Assembly (NCBI GenBank): GCA_030141605.1
Contig: JAQGDQ010001469.1
Location: 1 to 39,323, forward strand
Source: Tubiluchus corallicola
Lineage: Eukaryota > Animalia > Priapulida
Direction: 5' to 3'
Length of the DNA: 39,323 bases
Below, piece by piece: positions 36,901-39,323 of this stretch. The position numbers and the translations under genes are program-made. The first letter of the stretch is position 1, and each line of letters starts with the position of its first letter. The notes below the pieces were generated by a model that worked only from the letters and a program-made list of their open reading frames with translations, did no database searches and was not told where the DNA came from.

Positions 36901-38554
36901 CAACTATTTATTTATTTACAAGATTCTGTGTTAGTAACACACCACAAGAAGTTATTATAAAATATGCAAAAGTCATTGTGGCCCGATTAAAAAGTAACTA
37001 CGTAGTGAAAGGGTTAATATGACATCCTATGAAATGTTAAAAGGGAACAGCACCCAATATTAAACTAATAATGAGAGAGAATGTAACAGTGATTTTCATG
37101 ACAGAATTATTAACACAGAAGTTTAATTTTACGAATGCATTTTCGTATCCCGGTTATATGCATCTTGGAAATGTGTTGCCCAGTAAGATTTTTAAACTTA
37201 AAATTTGCCGAGTTTTTGTGCATCACACTGAATGTTGTACATTAGCGCTGTACTCCAATTTTTGCTTTCGTAAACACGAGCAGAACGTTTATGGAATGTT
37301 TTGGTGTTGAAAATTGTATTCATTCGTGATGTCATCACTCGTTTTAGCTCGTTTAATGTTAACTATATTTTTAATCTATTATCTAATTATCAGAAATGCT
37401 TTATCGTTATTATATTTGTTTTACTGCCACTTCATGATGAGAAAGGATGTGACATATCATCCAGTTTGCCTTTAAAATTTCAGAGTTCTCTAGAATGTGT
37501 TTCTGGGGTAATGTGTGTGTTTACAAACCAAAACCGTCTGTAAGTCGGCATAGTTAAAGCTACGTTATGATGCTTCAAAGTAGAATGCACTAAAAAGTTC
37601 GGTCAATTGTCAATTTTTCGCATTTCGACTTTTATTTTCTAGCATCAAATTATTAGGAAAGTGCTCAGAAAAGACTAAAAATTTAATTTTATAACTCTTT
37701 GCTCACTTTTCTGCCTAGAAATTAGTGCTGCATTTGTGAAAAAACTCCTAATTTCAAACTCTGATAGTAGCTCATGGAAGCAGTCATGTTGCTTCAGGTT
37801 TTTTGCCAAGCCCAGATGTTCGTCTGGAAGAGCCGTCTACTGGATTTAATTTAAACATAATTTCAATGTGCTCTTGCAAAGTCCGTAGCAACCAACATTT
37901 ATGCGGTTGCTAAGTGTTTTGCAGAAATGTGACAAGGTTTAACAGTGATTTTCTCAAGGTTATGCTTTTCAGTGTGCAGCCTGCACCTCAACTTCAACAT
38001 AGATTATCTCAGCTTGGAAATAACATAGAGTGATAAACTTGGTATCAAAATGATCCTCAGGAAATGGAGATTCAAGATATGTGAATAACTAGAAAAGCTT
38101 AATTGCCGACTTATGGATGATTTTTGCTATGCAAGCACACACATGTCACGTCAACATGAATGTTTCAAAAGATGATTTTGGGGACTTTAACCAATCAGGA
38201 TTCAAAGCAAGTTAGTCAGGGTTAAGTTTCCGGAATGTTTCTCTATTTGCGTATGTTGGGCATACTGCAGTTGCACTGATCTTTTTTCTGTTTCTCATGT
38301 TATCTAAACTTTCATAATTTTGCTTGACGTTTTTCTCTTCTCAGATGTCATCGGAATTTGTAAGAGCGCCAGCGACGTTCAGACTATCACAACGAGGACG
38401 ACAAATCGCGAGATATCGAAACGAGACCTCACCCTGGTGGACGACACAAACACCGAAGTTCGAATGACGATCTGGGGAGAGGAGGCGGAAAAGTTTGATT
38501 CGTCGGAGAGTCCCGTAGTAGCCGTGAAGGGAGCCAGGATTTCTGATTTTGGGG
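24964..38554 (+). CDS. RPA1: Replication protein A 70 kDa subunit, right copy, spliced exons 1-9 (continues beyond window)
   Basis: Exons 24964-24996, 25699-25746, 27420-27501, 28739-28847, 29679-29845, 32386-32560, 34091-34262, 36001-36196, 38345-38554 join in compatible phases into [155 protein letters not shown]. These are recognisable RPA70N, DBD-A and DBD-B motifs. Confidence 0.95.
25699..25746 (+). CDS. RPA1: RPA1 exon 2, right copy (GC donor)
   Basis: tttcag|CGCATTATG...GTTTTG|gcaagt, 48 nt. Confidence 0.85.
25797..26472. mobile_element. Foldback-like element (intron 2, right copy)
   Basis: Mirror of 22226-22963 with one fewer 60-bp unit. Confidence 0.78.
27420..27501 (+). CDS. RPA1: RPA1 exon 3, right copy
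   Basis: ttgcag|GGTTTG...TCGT|gttagt, RYRLLLSDG motif. Confidence 0.9.
28739..28847 (+). CDS. RPA1: RPA1 exon 4, right copy
   Basis: ttctag|CTGCCATG...GACAG|gtaagc, MLATQLN motif. Confidence 0.9.
29679..29845 (+). CDS. RPA1: RPA1 exon 5, right copy
   Basis: atgcag|ACGTGTG...CATGG|gtgagt, KIGNP motif. Confidence 0.9.
29981..30713. mobile_element. Foldback-like element (intron 5, right copy)
   Basis: Mirror of 17724-18364 with extra 40-bp units. Confidence 0.8.
31021..31547. mobile_element. CAGGGATGAGAAT-TIR MITE, private to right copy, 6-bp TSD TATCTA
   Basis: tatcta|cagggatgagaat...attctcatccgtg|tatcta; the mirror site near 16981-16986 has a single tagata. Confidence 0.88.
31907..32043. 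repeat. 15-bp tandem repeat, about 9 units, alternating variants
   Basis: cttttactgcacatg / ctttttctgcacatg; single unit at the mirror site near 16693-16706. Confidence 0.9.
32386..32560 (+). CDS. RPA1: RPA1 exon 6, right copy
   Basis: tttcag|AAGAGG...AATAG|gtgagt. Confidence 0.9.
33556..34075. repeat. Degenerate ~30-bp tandem array private to right copy
   Basis: Recurring acacctaagaacaa..ggcttcat units; no counterpart near 15215. Confidence 0.6.
34091..34262 (+). CDS. RPA1: RPA1 exon 7, right copy
   Basis: ttttag|GTGGACG...AATAAG|gtaaag, DBD-A core. Confidence 0.92.
34320..35209. mobile_element. Foldback-like element (intron 7, right copy)
   Basis: Mirror of 12913-14451 with only about 1.5 60-bp units. 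Confidence 0.8.
35478..35944. mobile_element. One-end-truncated CAGGG MITE (shorter remnant at 12754-12871 in the mirror arm)
   Basis: Near-identical to 31050-31547, ends attctcatccctg. Confidence 0.8.
36001..36196 (+). CDS. RPA1: RPA1 exon 8, right copy
   Basis: ttctag|GTTTAC...AGTTG|gtacgt. Confidence 0.92.
36337..37013. mobile_element. piggyBac-like non-autonomous element, mirror copy
   Basis: Same TTAA TSD and TIRs. Confidence 0.85.
38345..38554 (+). CDS. RPA1: RPA1 exon 9, right copy
   Basis: tctcag|ATGTCATC...TTTGGGG|gtgtgt, DBD-B core. Confidence 0.92.
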
Positions 38555-39323
38555 GTGTGTGTGATTACGTTTTTTTTACGTTTGAGCTTAATTTTTTGCT
38601 CATGCAATTTTTGCACATGAAGTGTTAAAGCAACTTCTCCAAACTGGAAATGTACTTCTAGGAATGTTAACGATAACGATATGTTTCTAAAATTATCACA
38701 AATGTTTGTGCAGGACATTTGAAATGTGATTGGTGTTGCTGCTTGTACTGAGATTTTTGATTTGTTGTTTTGCCAAGGCATGGCTTTTGTCTGACATCTT
38801 CCAATTTTGTTCATCTTTTCTTAAACAACTAGAGAACCCTTTACTTATATAAAACTTAAAAAATTGTCTTGAAATTCTGTGTCGCTTACACACTGTAGCT
38901 GACGGAATGTCCCAAAACAAAAACTTCTAATTCCGCATTGGCTTGCTAACGGTTATTTGTTCTCGGGAAAAAAAATAAATCAAAATAGGTGTGAATATCC
39001 TTATTAAATTTAGGTGTGAAAAATCATTTAGGTGTGAATTACAAAAACATTACAGATTACAACAAAATTGTAAATGTGGTGTTGCAAAGTAGAAATGTTG
39101 CATCAAATAGAAATTAAACTTTGAACTTACGTATATTGGCCAGCTCTGGCATTTAAATCTTAAAAGCATCAACAAACTGCAAGTCACAAGCATTTACCAA
39201 ATGATCAAATCAGGCTAAATTAAGCAGAATCTAGACAGTGTGACACTTTACTGTCCTATTGCCTTCTGTATGAAGAAAGATGAATGCTCTGATTATTTTT
39301 CAAACTTTATAAATGGCAGGTGG

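Larger units (their letters stand above)
9529..39285. repeat. Large imperfect inverted repeat 2 (head-to-head): arms 9529-23055 and 25705-39285, spacer 23056-25704
   Basis: Exons, introns and shared TEs are collinear in reverse complement; many mirrored ORFs in the track; inner boundary CAT 23053-23055 / ATG 25705-25707. Confidence 0.95.

Noticed and set aside
5965-38554. Helitron-borne RPA70-like gene
   Set aside because: No Rep/helicase ORF or Helitron ends were seen. Protein and intron positions fit the canonical cellular RPA1 (several match human positions as recalled).
1-39323. Simple fold-back chimeric-read artefact
   Set aside because: Arms differ by many substitutions, private TE insertions and repeat counts. 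Misjoined haplotigs are not excluded and are listed as a test.

Overview
AT-rich animal (probably invertebrate) genomic DNA, almost entirely occupied by three intron-containing copies of the RPA1 (replication protein A 70 kDa subunit) gene in +/-/+ orientation, i.e. two back-to-back imperfect palindromes. The left copy (+) shows exons 10-11 and breaks at 3491 inside a 5S rRNA-headed SINE. The middle copy (-, 23055 to 5965) has exons 2(part)-11 with intact frames and splice sites but no exon 1 and no exons 12+. The right copy (+) has a promoter-like region with an E2F-type site and exons 1-9, and runs off the window. Both inversion junctions (3491, 23055) abut long trinucleotide tracts, and the second falls exactly on an in-frame ATG. 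By-eye comparison shows almost only synonymous differences in the OB-fold exons, patchy arm identity and arm-private transposon insertions. Introns carry MITEs (Tc1/pogo-like, piggyBac-like, CAGGG-ended), a minisatellite-bearing foldback-like element, tandem repeats and a perfect 53-bp hairpin. Coordinates, counts and family assignments are by eye or from memory; no searches were run.
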